From assembly GCF_964213995.1 (NCBI RefSeq), contig NC_135818.1, positions 74,648,001 to 74,712,000 on the forward strand: DNA of 64,000 nt, read 5' to 3'. Below, in pieces: positions 24,775 through 36,748 of the stretch; within the stretch, counting starts at the first letter, position 1; the number at the start of each line of letters is the position of its first letter. The notes under the pieces were generated by a model. It was not told the origin of the DNA, searched no databases, and saw only the letters and a program-made list of their open reading frames with translations. A program made the translations under genes and the position numbers. This DNA comes from Mustelus asterias. Lineage: Eukaryota.

Positions 24775-25588
24775 TTTAATTTAGATAAATGCGAGGTGAT
24801 ACATTTTGGTAGATTGAATCAGGGCAGGACTTACTCAGTTAATGGTAGGGCGTTGGGGAGAGTTACAGAACAAAGAGATCTTGGGGTACATATTCATAGC
24901 TCCTTGAAAGTGGAGGCACAGGTGGACAGAGTGGTGAAGAAGGCATTCAGCATGCTTGGTTTCATTGGTCAGAACGTTGAGTACAGGGAGTTGGGACGTC
25001 TTGTTGAAGTTGTACAAGACATTGGTAAGACCACACTTGGAATACTGTGTACAGTTATGATCACCCTATTATACAAAGGATATTATTAAACTAGAAAGAG
25101 TGCAGAAAAGATTTACTAGAATGCTACTGGGACTTGATGGTTTGAGTTATAAGGAGAGGCTGGATAGACTGGGACTTTTTTCTCTGGAGCGTAGAAGGCT
25201 GAGGGGTGATCTTATAGAGGTCTATAAAATAATGAGGGGCATAGATCAGCGAGATAGTCAATATCTTTTCCCAAAGGTAGGGGAGTCTAAAACTAGAGGG
25301 CATAGGTTTAAGGTGAGAGGGGAGAGATACAAAAGTGTCCAGAGGGGCAATTTTTTCACGCAGAGGGGGGTGAGTGTCTGGAACAAGCTGCCAGAGGTAG
25401 TAGTAGAGGCGGGTACAATTTTGTCTTTTAAAAAGCGTTTAGACAGTTACATGGGTAAGATGGGTATGGAGGGATATGGGCCAAATGCGGGCAATTGGGA
25501 TTAGTTTAGGGGTTTAAAAAAAAGGGCGGCATGGACAAATTGGGCCAAAGGGCCTGTTTCCATGCTGTAAACCTCTATGACTCTATGA
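24775..25588 (+). mobile_element. CR1 LINE, 5'-truncated
   Basis: FNLDKCEVIHFG...RDLGV...ERRRLRGDLIEVYKIM; one frameshift near 24990. Confidence 0.92.
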
Positions 25589-25609
25589 CCCAATGACTTC
25601 CCATGAGAA

Positions 25610-26395
25610 AAGGAGATGCAGTCGCAACTATATGACACCTTTCAGAACCTGAGGACATCGCAAAATGTTCTCCAAACAATGGAGTACTTTTGAAGTGTAG
25701 CCACTGTTGCAATGTAAGAATTGCAGCAGGCAATTTGTGCATGTAACCAGGTCTTACAATGTAACAGCAGTGGCCTGGTGGTATTATCACTGGACTATTA
25801 ATTCAGAAACTCAGCTGATGATCTGTGGTCCCTGGTTCGAATCCGACCATGGCAGCTGGTGGAATTTTAATTCAAGAAAAAATACCTGGAACTAAGAATC
25901 TACTGATGACTATGAAACCATTGTCAATTGCCAGAAAAACACATCTGCCTCACCAATGACCTTTAGGGAATGAAATCTGCTGTCCTTGACTGGTCTGGCC
26001 TACACGTGACTGCAAAGCCACAGCAATGTGGTTGACTTTCAACTACCCTCGGGCAACTAGGGATGGGCAATAAATGCTGGCCAGCCAGCGACACCCATGT
26101 CCCATGAATGAATTTTAAAAATGACCACACAATTTGTTTAGTGAGGTTGATCGAGGAATGAACATTGATGAGGATAACAGTTGAGCTCCCAGCTGTTCTT
26201 CCTCAAATACTGCTAGGGGATCTTTCACATCCACCTGAGAGGTTTAACATCTCATTCGAAAGTCAGCGCCTCCGACAGTGCAGCACTCTCTCAGTATTGC
26301 ACTGGAGTGTCAGGCGGTCCTTGAGTTCTTGTCCCTGGAGGGACTCTTAAACTCACAACCTTCTGATTTAGAGGCAAGGGTGTGATGCACCTGAT
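25610..26395 (-). mobile_element. Deu-domain SINE interrupted by the SINE at 25767-26121
   Basis: Reverse-complement similarity to 30482-30912 (head near 26350-26395, core 26140-26315, tail 25620-25750). Confidence 0.65.
25767..26121 (+). mobile_element. tRNA-derived SINE with L2-like tail
   Basis: Same family as 7945-8286. Confidence 0.8.
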
Positions 26396-27204
26396 ACCTT
26401 AATGCATCATATTTTCAGCATAAATCACCTTAACAACTTTGAGTTTTAAATCAATCAAAGATGTATCCAAAGTTCACAATGCGTGCACAGACAGATTGCC
26501 AAATGGTCATGGGACAGGGATGCTTTGCTTCTTTTCCTATTGATTCTCCCTCTTTCACTGACTGATGACTACGTTTGGGACCATGGGAAGTAGAAATAGG
26601 GTATGTGCTCACATACAGGGTTGTGCAGTCCAGCCTACACCTGTTAAGTCTAATTTTGAAGCAAAGGCAAAGTTGCTGAGGGGAATAACCCACCAACAAT
26701 CCTCCAAATTACTGTTAGACTGAATCTATACCAAATACATTTATCTGTATATTCAACACTCGACATCAATATGATTCCAGCCTGCAGTATTGATAAGATA
26801 CACATGACTAACGTGCAAACTACAAATATCTAACAATGAGCTATTGCTACGTGATACCAATTTTAACCCACAGTAAAGCTTTAGTCCAGTATACTGGTGT
26901 CAAAACCCAAAATATTTGCAATCAAATCCTTAACACATGCATTTGTACAAAGGTAAAGCTTGATTCACATCTAAAGACAGTCACTGACCCTACTGCTACC
27001 TTTGGCAAAACTAATAGCTAAATAGTTTTAACAAGATCTTGGGATACTTGTGCTCAGGACCTGAAGTGCAGACTAGCTGCCATGTGAATAAGCTTTTGAG
27101 TCAGGAATGGACCTATTGATGGTCTAAATAATAGGTAAAATGGACACTGATACTTGAGTTAACTCATTTTCTGTCCAATTCTTCTCTGTGTTCATTTTTA
27201 AATT

Positions 27205-27500
27205 TTTTAAAGTTTATTTATTAGTGTCACAAGTAGGCTTACATTAACACTGCAATGAAGCTACTGTGAAAATCCCCTAGTCGCCACTCTCTGGCACCTG
27301 TTCGGATGCACTGAGGGAGAATTTAGCATGGCCATTGCATCTAACCAGTACATCTTTCGGACTGTGGGAGGAAACTGGAGCACCTGGAGGAAACCCATGC
27401 AGACATGGGGAGAATGTGCAGACTCCGCACAGTGACCCAAGCCAAGGATCGAACCCAGGTCTCTGGTGTTGTGAGGCAGCACTATGCCACCATACCACCC
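27205..27500 (-). mobile_element. HE1-type V-SINE type B
   Basis: Full minus-strand copy. Confidence 0.9.
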
Positions 27501-27521
27501 AGATGATGTACTGCTTGTTCC

Positions 27522-27698
27522 GTTGATGTGGAGATGCCGGCGTTAGACTGGGGTGGGTGTTGTAAGAAGCCTAACAAGACCAGGCTAAAGTCCAACAGGT
27601 TTATTTGTAATCACGAGCTTTCGGAGCGCTGCTCTGAAAGCTCGTGATTCCTAATAAACCTGTTGGACTTTAGCCTGGTGTTGTCAGACTTCTTATTG
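27522..27698 (-). mobile_element. Short fold-back Penelope-derived element
   Basis: Palindrome ~27563-27695 centred on hammerhead stem II; unpaired tail 27524-27557; TSD tgcttgttcc at 27512-27521 and 27699-27708. Confidence 0.8.
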
Positions 27699-28643
27699 TG
27701 CTTGTTCCTTCACCCAGATCTATTCCAAATGATAATAAAAGAGGACAACTATCTTCCCTATTTGGTCTGGAAAGGAATCCATTAGAAATTAAATGCACTA
27801 TGCTGTTTCAGTTCAAGCACAGGAATGTGAGGCCCTTATGAATGGAGGTCTTGAGGTCTTTGCCTCACAATGTTGTGGGTGTATTTTTGATGTGTTGATC
27901 ATTGAGGAATATTTTGAAGGCTTCATTCATAAAATACTACACAGTGATGCAGATGTGAGATGTTCATTGCATAAAACAAGGAAGGTTCCTCGATAGAGCT
28001 TCTTGCTTTCTGACTGTCACTGGGCAAAAACCTCTGCAGGGTCTTCGCTTAATTGGTGTTGTTAACCTTTGCCTTAACTAGGAGACAGAATCAAATCGTT
28101 GGCATCCCTAATATTAAGTTGAAGATAGGTGTCAGGCAATGGCAAAATGTTAAAACTCGCAAAAAGGAATAACAAGGCGTTGTTTCGTTTTTCTGAAATA
28201 ATGCTCAGATATGCAAGTCCACAAACATTTACAGGAAACGGATCATATATTTCTTTTTCTTTTGTTGCTTTGAAAGAGATAGGTTGACTTTCGGCTGACC
28301 TATATATGTTGCTTTTCAAAGTTCTGCAAAAAAAAACCCAGAGGAAAGATACGAAAAGAATCACACAACAGCCGCGCTCTGCGTATCTTATGCAATTATT
28401 TAAGAGGAACGTATTGGTTTCGTTGCTGCAAAGAAAAGATGTTTTCTTTTGAAAAGGCCACAACTCACGACAGTAAAACCGCCGCCTACGTTCATTGGTC
28501 GCTAGTTAGCCACATCTGTCTACCTTCCAACATCCTTCAGTCGGACCTCTGTGGGGAGGGCTAGGGGGTGCAGCTGGCTAAGACAGTCACATCTATCCAT
28601 GTTCCCTGTCATAGTCCAAGGCCTGCTTAACGTTCAGAGGTGA

Positions 28644-29211
28644 TCATAGAACATAGAACAGTACAACACAGGAACAGGCCCTTTAGCCCAAAATGTTATG
28701 CCAAACATGACGCCAAATTAACCTAATCACTTCTGCCTGCCCTTGGCCCATATCCCTCTATTTCTTGCATATTCACGTGTTTATCTAAAAACCGCTTAAA
28801 TGCCCCTATTCTACCCGCCTGCACCACTAGCCCTGTCAGCACGTTGCAGACACCTACCACTCCCTGTGTCAAAAACTTGCCCCTTACATCATCCTTGAAC
28901 TTTCCCCCTTTCACCTTAAGTGCATGTCCCCTAGTTTACTGAGATTTCAATTCTGGAAAAATATTCTGACTGTCAACCCTATCGATGCCTCCCATAATTT
29001 TATAGATTTCTATCGGGTCTCCCCTCAGTCTCCACTGCCCCAGAGAAAACAACCTTAGTTTATCCAGCCTCTCCTTATAGCTCATATTCTCTAATCCAGG
29101 CACCATCCTGGTAAACCTCTTCTGCACCCTCTCCAAAGCCTCCACATCCTTCCTGAAATGTGACGACCAGAATTGAACGCAATCCTCTAAGTGTAGCCTA
29201 ACCAAAGTTTT
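28644..29211 (-). mobile_element. CR1 LINE 3' end
   Basis: LVRLHLEDCVQFWS...LERVQKRFTRMVPGL; (aacatag)n tail. Confidence 0.9.
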
Positions 29212-29546
29212 GTGATCAAAGGGACTCTGTGCCTTATCAGAGACAGAGGAAGCTTGAAGACAGAAGCTAGGTGAAAATTCGCTCATTGATTCTTCATTTC
29301 TCATTCCTTCTAACCCTGATCAAGTAAAAGATGTGGATGCTTGATTAGCAGTAGGACTGCTTGCCTCAATATGATTCCCTAATTTCAACTTTGTTGAATT
29401 AAGTTCTATTTTGGAACAAGCCAGAAAACTTGAAAATGTGACAGAGATAGTTCAGCAAGAATTACTAACAAATTTGTCAAATTATTCCAGCCAACTCAAT
29501 AAGACAGTCAAGCAAACTCACTGAAATACACCAGTAACCTTACCTT

Positions 29547-30260
29547 CGGTCCGTCCGCAAGCAGGATCCAGACCTTCCTGTCGCTTGCCACTTCAACACA
29601 CCACCCTGCTCTCCTGTCCACATGTCCGTTCTTGGCCATTTGCAATGTTCTAGCGAATCCCGATGCGAACTGGGCGCCTTACAGCCTTCCAGACTGAAGA
29701 CTGAGTTCAACAACTTCACAGCGTGAACTCTCCCCTCCACCTTCACCCCATTTCCATTTATTTTATTTCATTTCTTCTTTTCATCTCATTCATCCAGTTT
29801 TATCACCTTCCATTCCTACTTCTATTATTATGCTTCTCCAATCATGCTCTCCATCTTACCCCCCTCCTCTGCCTCCCACTACCCACCACCACCACCACCC
29901 CCCCCCCCCCCCCCCCCCACTCCGCCCCCCACCACCTCCAACCCACCTTCAGGGCAACTACCACATTCCTCAAGTAGTCCTTAACAATCTGTTCCACTGT
30001 ACTACCATTCACACATTCTGATCACTTAATCGACTCTCTCAGCCTCTATCATCATATTTACATTTCCTTTGTCCTCCACCAAACCCCCCCTACCCCTCCC
30101 CGCCACCCCTCCCCACAAACCTCATAGTATAAATCTCGTCTGAAGTTCTTTGCTCTAAACTTTGACGAAGGATCATCCAGACTCAAAATGTTGGCTCTAT
30201 TCTCACTCCACAGATGCTGTCAGACCTGCTGAGATTTTCCAGCATTTTCTGTTTTTGTTT
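29547..30260 (+). mobile_element. Penelope-like element 3' part (second family) with decayed hammerhead
   Basis: RSVRKQDPDLPVACHFN endonuclease C-terminal motif; decayed core ttgacgaag...aaaatgtt at 30161-30192; 15-bp TSD cagtaaccttacctt at 29532-29546 and 30261-30275. Confidence 0.75.
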
Positions 30261-30336
30261 CAGTAACCTTACCTTGGTATTCCTGCTATCTCACTGAAAG
30301 GGTAGCAGCAAACTCTTTAACATACACCCAAGAATT

Positions 30337-30477
30337 CACAGTGGCACAGTGGTTCGCACTGCTGCCTCACAGCACCAGGGACCTGGGTCCGATTCCCGGC
30401 TTGGGTCACTGTCTATGTGGAGCCTGCACGTTCTCCCCGTGTCTGTGTGGGTTTCCTCCAGGTGCTCCGGTTTCCTC
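30337..30477 (+). mobile_element. HE1 5' half
   Basis: Head and start of the V core. Confidence 0.85.
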
Positions 30478-30481
30478 TACT

Positions 30482-30912
30482 GCTGTAGCTCAGTTGTCAG
30501 CGCACTTGCTGTCTGAGCTTGACGTTTGTGGGTTCAAATCCTATCCCAACCACTGGAGTGGAAAAATCTAGGCCGACACTCCAGGGCAGTAACTGGGGGA
30601 GTGCAGTCTTTTTGATGAGATGTTAAGTAAGCTGCTATCTGCACAATTTGGTGGATGTAACACATCTTTTGAGGCTATTTTAAAGAAATCTCCGGTGTCC
30701 TGGCCATATTTATCCCTCAACCAGCATTATTAAGTTAGATTAGCTGGCCATTACCAGACTGTTGTTTGTGGGAGCTGGCTTTGAATAAATTGGCTGCCGC
30801 ACGTCCTACATCATAACAATGGTTTCAATTCAAAAGTTCTCTTGTTGGCTGTAAAGTGCTTTGGGATGTCCAGTGGCTGTGAAAGACCGCACACGAATGT
30901 AGGTCGTTCTTT
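30482..30912 (+). mobile_element. Near full-length old Deu-domain SINE (SacSINE1-like)
   Basis: tRNA head gtagctcagttg...gggttcaaatcc; core aaaatctaggccgacactccag...gtcctggccatatttatccctcaacc; tail tgtaaagtgctttgggatgtcc...gtgaaag. Confidence 0.7.
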
Positions 30913-32019
30913 CTCAGTAAACTGGCAAATATTCCAACAAAAGCACCATCACAACCTGTCATTATTTCCCCAAACTGTCATTATTTCCCCAAACCACATG
31001 ACCAAATTACCAAAAACCCACCAGCAAATTAAAAAGACAGATCACCTAAGTTTTCTTTCAACAAAAAGTCACAATAAACATGCTGAAACGTTACTGATCT
31101 TAATTAACTTCTATTGTATTTTGATCCACAATAATTTGCTTGTCCCAAACTGGGTCAAGATATCTGTTAGGGAAATTGTTCTGAGAAATAAAGACCAGGA
31201 AACAAGAACGGAAGCGTTAGATAGTTAGGCTGAAGCATTGTTGGGACAGTATAGCAGAAACCCACCTCACAGCAGTGATCCGGAGGTCACCTACCAACAC
31301 AGCAGTGATGTGTCTACCGGCACAAATCTTGCAGAAGTTGTGAATTACTCTGATACATCACTGGATAGTTCATTAATTTGGTGATGCCCTCTGCTGACAT
31401 TTGAACAAACACACCAACATGAAGAGAAATCTTGATTAGATTTATTGTGTGCAAGATATTGAGGCTTGGCACCTTTTTCGAACTGAGTTCTCCATTGGTA
31501 AAAGGTAGCGAGGGTTCTTGGGTTAGTGGTAACAAGGCAGCACGCGATTTCCTGCCACGTTTAAACATAGCCGTTTTAGTCCATCCTCATGTTAAGTGTC
31601 AATTATCAAAACAAACTTTTAAAAAATCACATTTTCAATGCATATTTCAACTTGTAACTGGGTAAGATGAATACAATTCTTATTGTTCAGTACATAAGTA
31701 GCACTGTATAATGGTCCCATATGAATAGACAGAAAGTGGGAAAGTTCGGTTGTAGATATATAAAGGAACAAAAACAGAAAATGCTCAAACTACACAGGAC
31801 ATCAGTCAACATACATGAAGAGAAAACATGCTTCAGTAGAATGGAATGCTGAAATGTAAGCAGAGATTTGAATAAGAAGAAAGGGAGATGGGAAAAATGC
31901 AACTATCTTCAAATGTCTTCTACTTGTGTGCCATCATTGGTCTGTCTAATAGAAAATGACCAATAAGCACTTTATGAATCTAATCTGTCTGTGGTCCAAA
32001 CTGATTCTGAGGCAGGATA

Positions 32020-32098
32020 TAGGATGGGGCATCAGATTGGTTGGGACATCAGATTGGGTGGGATATTAGATTGAATGGGGCATTAGATTGGGTGTGGC
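32020..32098. repeat. Short tandem array, ~17-bp unit (catcagattgggtgggg-like), 4-5 copies
   Basis: catcagattggttggga catcagattgggtggga tattagattgaatgggg cattagattgggtgtgg. Confidence 0.8.
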
Positions 32099-33348
32099 AA
32101 TTGAAAGAATGGATGGGGGGCTAAGCATGAGTTTAGAAATGTTCTTAATCGGAAGCAAAAGCAAACCTCTCCTTTAAAATTAGACACTTTAATGTCCATT
32201 TTTAAAAATTACCTGGCACCTTACTGCTGAACTGAATTGGTCAATTCCAGAATCTAAACAAGGTACAACCAACATTGTCACAAACAGCTTGGCTTCATGG
32301 CAACATGAATTCCCCCCATACAGGTCAAGTGCAAGTTTGTACCTTGAGGTTACCGCGCCGATCCAACCACGCAAAAATATTTAAACGCACCGTCACTTAA
32401 ATTAATTGCCCATGCACTACAAAAAAAAATGGAGGTTATGTTTGGTCGCAACCCTATCAAGTTGACCTGGCCTTAGTTGGCCCAACTCATTGTCCAACTT
32501 AGCCTATCTGACAAATAAGTGCCAAAGATGGGTAAGCTTGGAGCTGTGAATCATAACCAAGAAACTACTGCATTTCAAGGAAATGACTGAAAAATATCAT
32601 GCGCAGAAATACACGAAAGATTTGGGCCTTTGACTTTCCTTGGGTAATTCACATTGACCAACATGAAGGGTGCACTGTTGCTCTGAATATGATTTCAATG
32701 AATCACGAGACGCAAAATACCCAGCGTTTTTTTTAAAAAACGCTTACATATATTTTTGTTATCTTTACAGTAAAGGGTCACAGGACGAAAACCACAGGCG
32801 TACCTTCAGTATCGCAACAGATAAAGGCGAGTTTTATGAGGTTTTCTGTTTTGTACCAGAGCAGCGCTAGTCCAAACCCCATTCAGGAAAAGGCGCATGT
32901 TTTCTCTATTTTATCTCTTTGCACTATCCAGCTGGCTGTGTTTTGCGAAAAATCAGTCTTGCTTTAAGTCATGAACACCTGTCTTGTCAAAAACAACACA
33001 CACACAAAGTGACTCATGTATTCCAATGGGCCGAACTTTATTTTCAGAACCATTTTTAAAAATAATGCAGATCCAAGCTTGTAGCCCCATGAATATGGAA
33101 GGTTCGGGAAGTCATCAAAATGTTGGTGTTTAAGTTGATTAAGGAAGTTGACAGGTTAGGTAGAAATAAATTATTTCCTCTGGTGAGGGGTCCAGAGTAA
33201 AGCAATGTAACCTTAACATCAGGGTCATGGGTGAAGTCAGGGAGTACTGCTTCATACCAAGAAGAGTGGAAGTCTAGAACTGCTTCCCCAGAAACTGGGA
33301 ATCAATTGTAACTTACAAAACAGGGATGGATAGATTTGTTGTTGACAA

Positions 33349-34020
33349 GGGGTGGCATGGTGGCACAGTGGTTAGCACTGCTCCCTCACAGTGCCAGGGA
33401 CCCGGGTTCAATTCCAGCCTCGGGTCACTGTCTGGGCGGAGTTTGCACATTCTCCCCATGTCTGCGTGCGTTTCCTCCTAGTGCTCCAGTTTCCTCCCAC
33501 AGTCCAAAGATATGCGAGTTAGGTTGATTGGCCATGCTAAACTGACCCTATTGTCAGGGGGATTAAATCATAGAAATCATAGAAACCCTACAGTGCAGAA
33601 GGAGGCCATTCGGCCCATCGAGCCTGCACCGACCACAATCCCACCGAGGCCCAACCCCCACATATTTACCCGCTAATCCCTCTAACCTACGCATCTTAGG
33701 ACTCTAAGGGGCAATTTTTTAACCTGGCCAATCAACCTAACCCGCACATCTTTGGACTGTGGGAGGAAACCGGAGCACCCGGAGGAAACCCACGCAGACA
33801 CGAGGAGAATGTGCAAACTCCACACAGACAGTGACCCGAGCCGGGAATCGAATCCGGGACCCTGGAGCTGTGAAGCAGCAATGCTAACCACTGCGCTACC
33901 GTGCCGCCCAGGACAAATATGTGGGGTTACGGGAATAGGACCTGGGTGGGATTGTGGTCAGTGCAGACTCAATGGGCCGAATGGCCTCCTTCTGCACTGT
34001 AGGGATTTTATGATTCTATG
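33349..34020 (+). mobile_element. HE1 type A, split by an opposite-strand HE1
   Basis: Head and core at 33349-33566, tail at 33912-34020. Confidence 0.85.
33567..33909 (-). mobile_element. HE1 type A, young-looking nested copy
   Basis: Full copy with CpGs retained; (atcatagaa)n tail. Confidence 0.9.
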
Positions 34021-34442
34021 AAGGGTATCAAAGGATTACAGGACAGAGGCGGACAGATGGAGTAGAGGTGCAGATCAGCCATCATATAAGTGAATGGTGG
34101 AATTGTTCCTACAGACTGAATGGTGTTCTCCTGTTCCTATGTTGTCATATTCCCAGGTGTAAAGCAGGCTGCTGGATCCCAATCACCTATTTTACATAAT
34201 TATAGCTGAAATCTACATCAGAATGCTTAAAGGCTAAAGGTACTGATCCTTAGAAACCCTTGCCAGAATGCTGGATATGAATACAATTGAATGGGCTGTT
34301 GCCTGACTCCTTGACTTGAGTATATGTGAGCTGTGGGCTACGTCCACAGTAAAACTGAACAGCTCCAGGTCCAATATCTGGGCAAGAGTAAAAAATGGTA
34401 GTTACATTAAGTACCAAAATGAAGGAACTTTTACAGAGACAT

Positions 34443-34578
34443 AGGCCCAATTCTTACCACTGTTCACACCGGCGGGATTACCCCATCCTGCCATAGCGAA
34501 GGGAGATTTGGCTAGCTGCCAAATTCTCTGATTTCGCTGCAGTGGGCGTGTGGTATGAATGGGTAGTAAGATCATGCA
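34443..34578. mobile_element. Diverged MITE
   Basis: Imperfect inverted ends tcttacc / ggtagtaaga; similarity to 1-87. Confidence 0.4.
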
Positions 34579-35034
34579 CATATATTCAGCATTAAAGAAA
34601 AACAATATTGGTAACACTGGCATTTATGAATAAATAATGTAGACCTGCAACATTGATAAAACACGAAAGGATATGGGTCTCGAAGTAACTATAAATCAGC
34701 ATCTTAAATAACAGGAGAAACATGAGGTACAGACAACCATACAGGCCCTCGAATCAGCTCTGCATTTCAGCCTGATCACGATCTGTACTTCAACTCCACT
34801 CAGCTGCCTTAGTCCAATATCCCTTAATGCGCAGAGCTGACAAATCCTACCAATCTCAGTCTTGACATATCTGATTGTCCCTTATTCATGGTGCCCCCAT
34901 CCCTTCCAGAAATCTCTTCCGACTCATTATTGGTCCTGCAATTTCCAATGCACTGTTAACTTCCTGAAATATCACTGTCATAGAGTCATAGAGTGCAGAA
35001 AAAGCTCTTCAGCACATTGAGTCTGCACCGACTC

Positions 35035-35660
35035 ATTTGATTTGATTTGATTTGATTTATTATTGCCACACGTATTGGTATACAGTGACAAGAATTGTTT
35101 CTTGTGCGCTGTACAGACAAAAGATACCATTCATAGAGAAGGAAAAGAGAGAGTGCAGAATGTAGTGTTACAGTCTTTTGATTTTTTGATTTGATTTGAT
35201 TTGATTTATTATTGTCACATGTATTAACATACCGTGAAAAGTATTGTTTCTTGCGCGCTATACAGACAAAACATACCATTCATGTGGAAGGAAATGAGAG
35301 AGTGCAGAATGTAGTGTAGAGAAAGATCAACTTAATGCAAGATAAGTCCATTCAAAAGTCTGATGGCAGCAGGGAAGGAGCTGTTCTTGAGTCAGTTGGT
35401 ACGTGACCTCAGACTTTTGTATCTTTTTCCCAACGGAAGAAGGTGAAAGATAGTATGTCTGGGGGGCGTGGGGTCCTTAATTATGCTGGCTGCTTTTCCG
35501 AGGCAGTGGGAAGTGTAGACAGAGTCAATGGATGGGAGGTGGGTTTGCGTGATGGACTGGGCTTCAGTCACGACCCTTTGTAGTTTCTTGCGGTCTTGGA
35601 CAGAGCAGGAGCCATACCAAGCTGTGAGACAACCAGAATGCTTTCTATGGTGCATCTGTA
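35035..35660 (-). mobile_element. Rex1/Babar LINE 3' end with a second tandem 3' tail (35035-35175)
   Basis: GCLTAWYGSC...LPSIDSVY peptide; two (gattt)n tails. Confidence 0.85.
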
Positions 35661-35699
35661 TAACTACCACCTGTGATCCCATTTTCCTGCACTTGTCCC

Positions 35700-35932
35700 A
35701 TATCCTTGAATGTTATGATATTTCAAGTGCTCATCCAAAGATTGTAAGGTTTCCGGCTTCCACTAGCTTCCCAGACACTGCATTCCAGATTCCCACCGCC
35801 CTCTGAGTTAAAAAGGTTTTTCTCAAATCCTCTCTGAATCTCCCGCTCCTTACCTTAAAGCTATGCCCCCTGGTGATTCATCCCTCAACCAAGGGGAACA
35901 GCTGCTCCCTGCTCACCCTGTCCATAGCCCTC
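35700..35932 (-). mobile_element. Diverged CR1 fragment
   Basis: Similarity to the C-terminal ORF2 region of other CR1 copies (e.g. reverse complement of 55405-55620). Confidence 0.6.
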
Positions 35933-36078
35933 TTTATGATTGCTTTAGAATCATTTAGTCAAATTGGAATGGCGGATTCATGGACGAGAAGTTTGTTCGC
36001 ATCAAACAACATCTAGTGTTCCTCCTCATTGATATCATTGAAGAGGGCCACATGTAGCAGCACGAGGCATTGGGGAAT

Positions 36079-36748
36079 TAAGTTTATGTTTATTTATTAG
36101 TGTCGCAAGTAGACTTACATTAACACTGCAATGAAGTTGCTATGAAAATCTCCTAGTTACCACACTCCCTGTTCGGGTACACTGAAGGAAAATTTAACAG
36201 GCTGATGCACCAAGCCAGCACATCTTTTGGATTGTGGGACGAAACCGGAGCACCCGGAGGAAACCCACACAGACACGGGAAGAACGTGCAGACTCTGCAC
36301 AGACAGTGACCCAAGCCAGGAATCGAACCCGTGTCCCTGGCGCTGTGAAGGCAGCAATGCTAACCACTGTGCCACCGTGCCATATATGTCTGCATTGAAG
36401 CAACGCTACGCTGAAAAATATTTTAGTGTCGCAAGTAGACTTACATTAACACTGCAATGAAGTTGCTATGAAAATCTCCTAGTTACCACACTCCCTGTTC
36501 GGGTACACTGAAGGAAAATTTAGCAGGCTGATGCACCAAGCCAGCACATCTTTTGGATTGTGGGACGAAACCGGAGCACCCGGAGGAAACCCACACAGAC
36601 ACGGGAAGAACGTGCAGACTCTGCACAGACAGTGACCCAAGCCAGGAATCGAACCCGTGTCCCTGGCGCTGTGAAGGCAGCAATGCTAACCACTGTGCCA
36701 CCGTGCCATATATGTCTGCATTGAAGCAACGCTACGCTGAAAAAATAT
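36079..36748 (-). repeat. 326-bp tandem duplication, each unit an HE1 type B plus unique flank
   Basis: 36097-36422 and 36423-36748 are almost identical. Confidence 0.92.

Larger units (their letters stand above)
33085..34143 (+). mobile_element. Old CR1 3' end interrupted by nested HE1 copies
   Basis: CR1-like sequence at 33085-33348 resumes at 34021 (aagggtatcaaagga...). Confidence 0.6.

Noticed and set aside
32020-32098. CRISPR-like repeat array
   Set aside because: Contiguous degenerate tandem units with no spacers, in a vertebrate genome.
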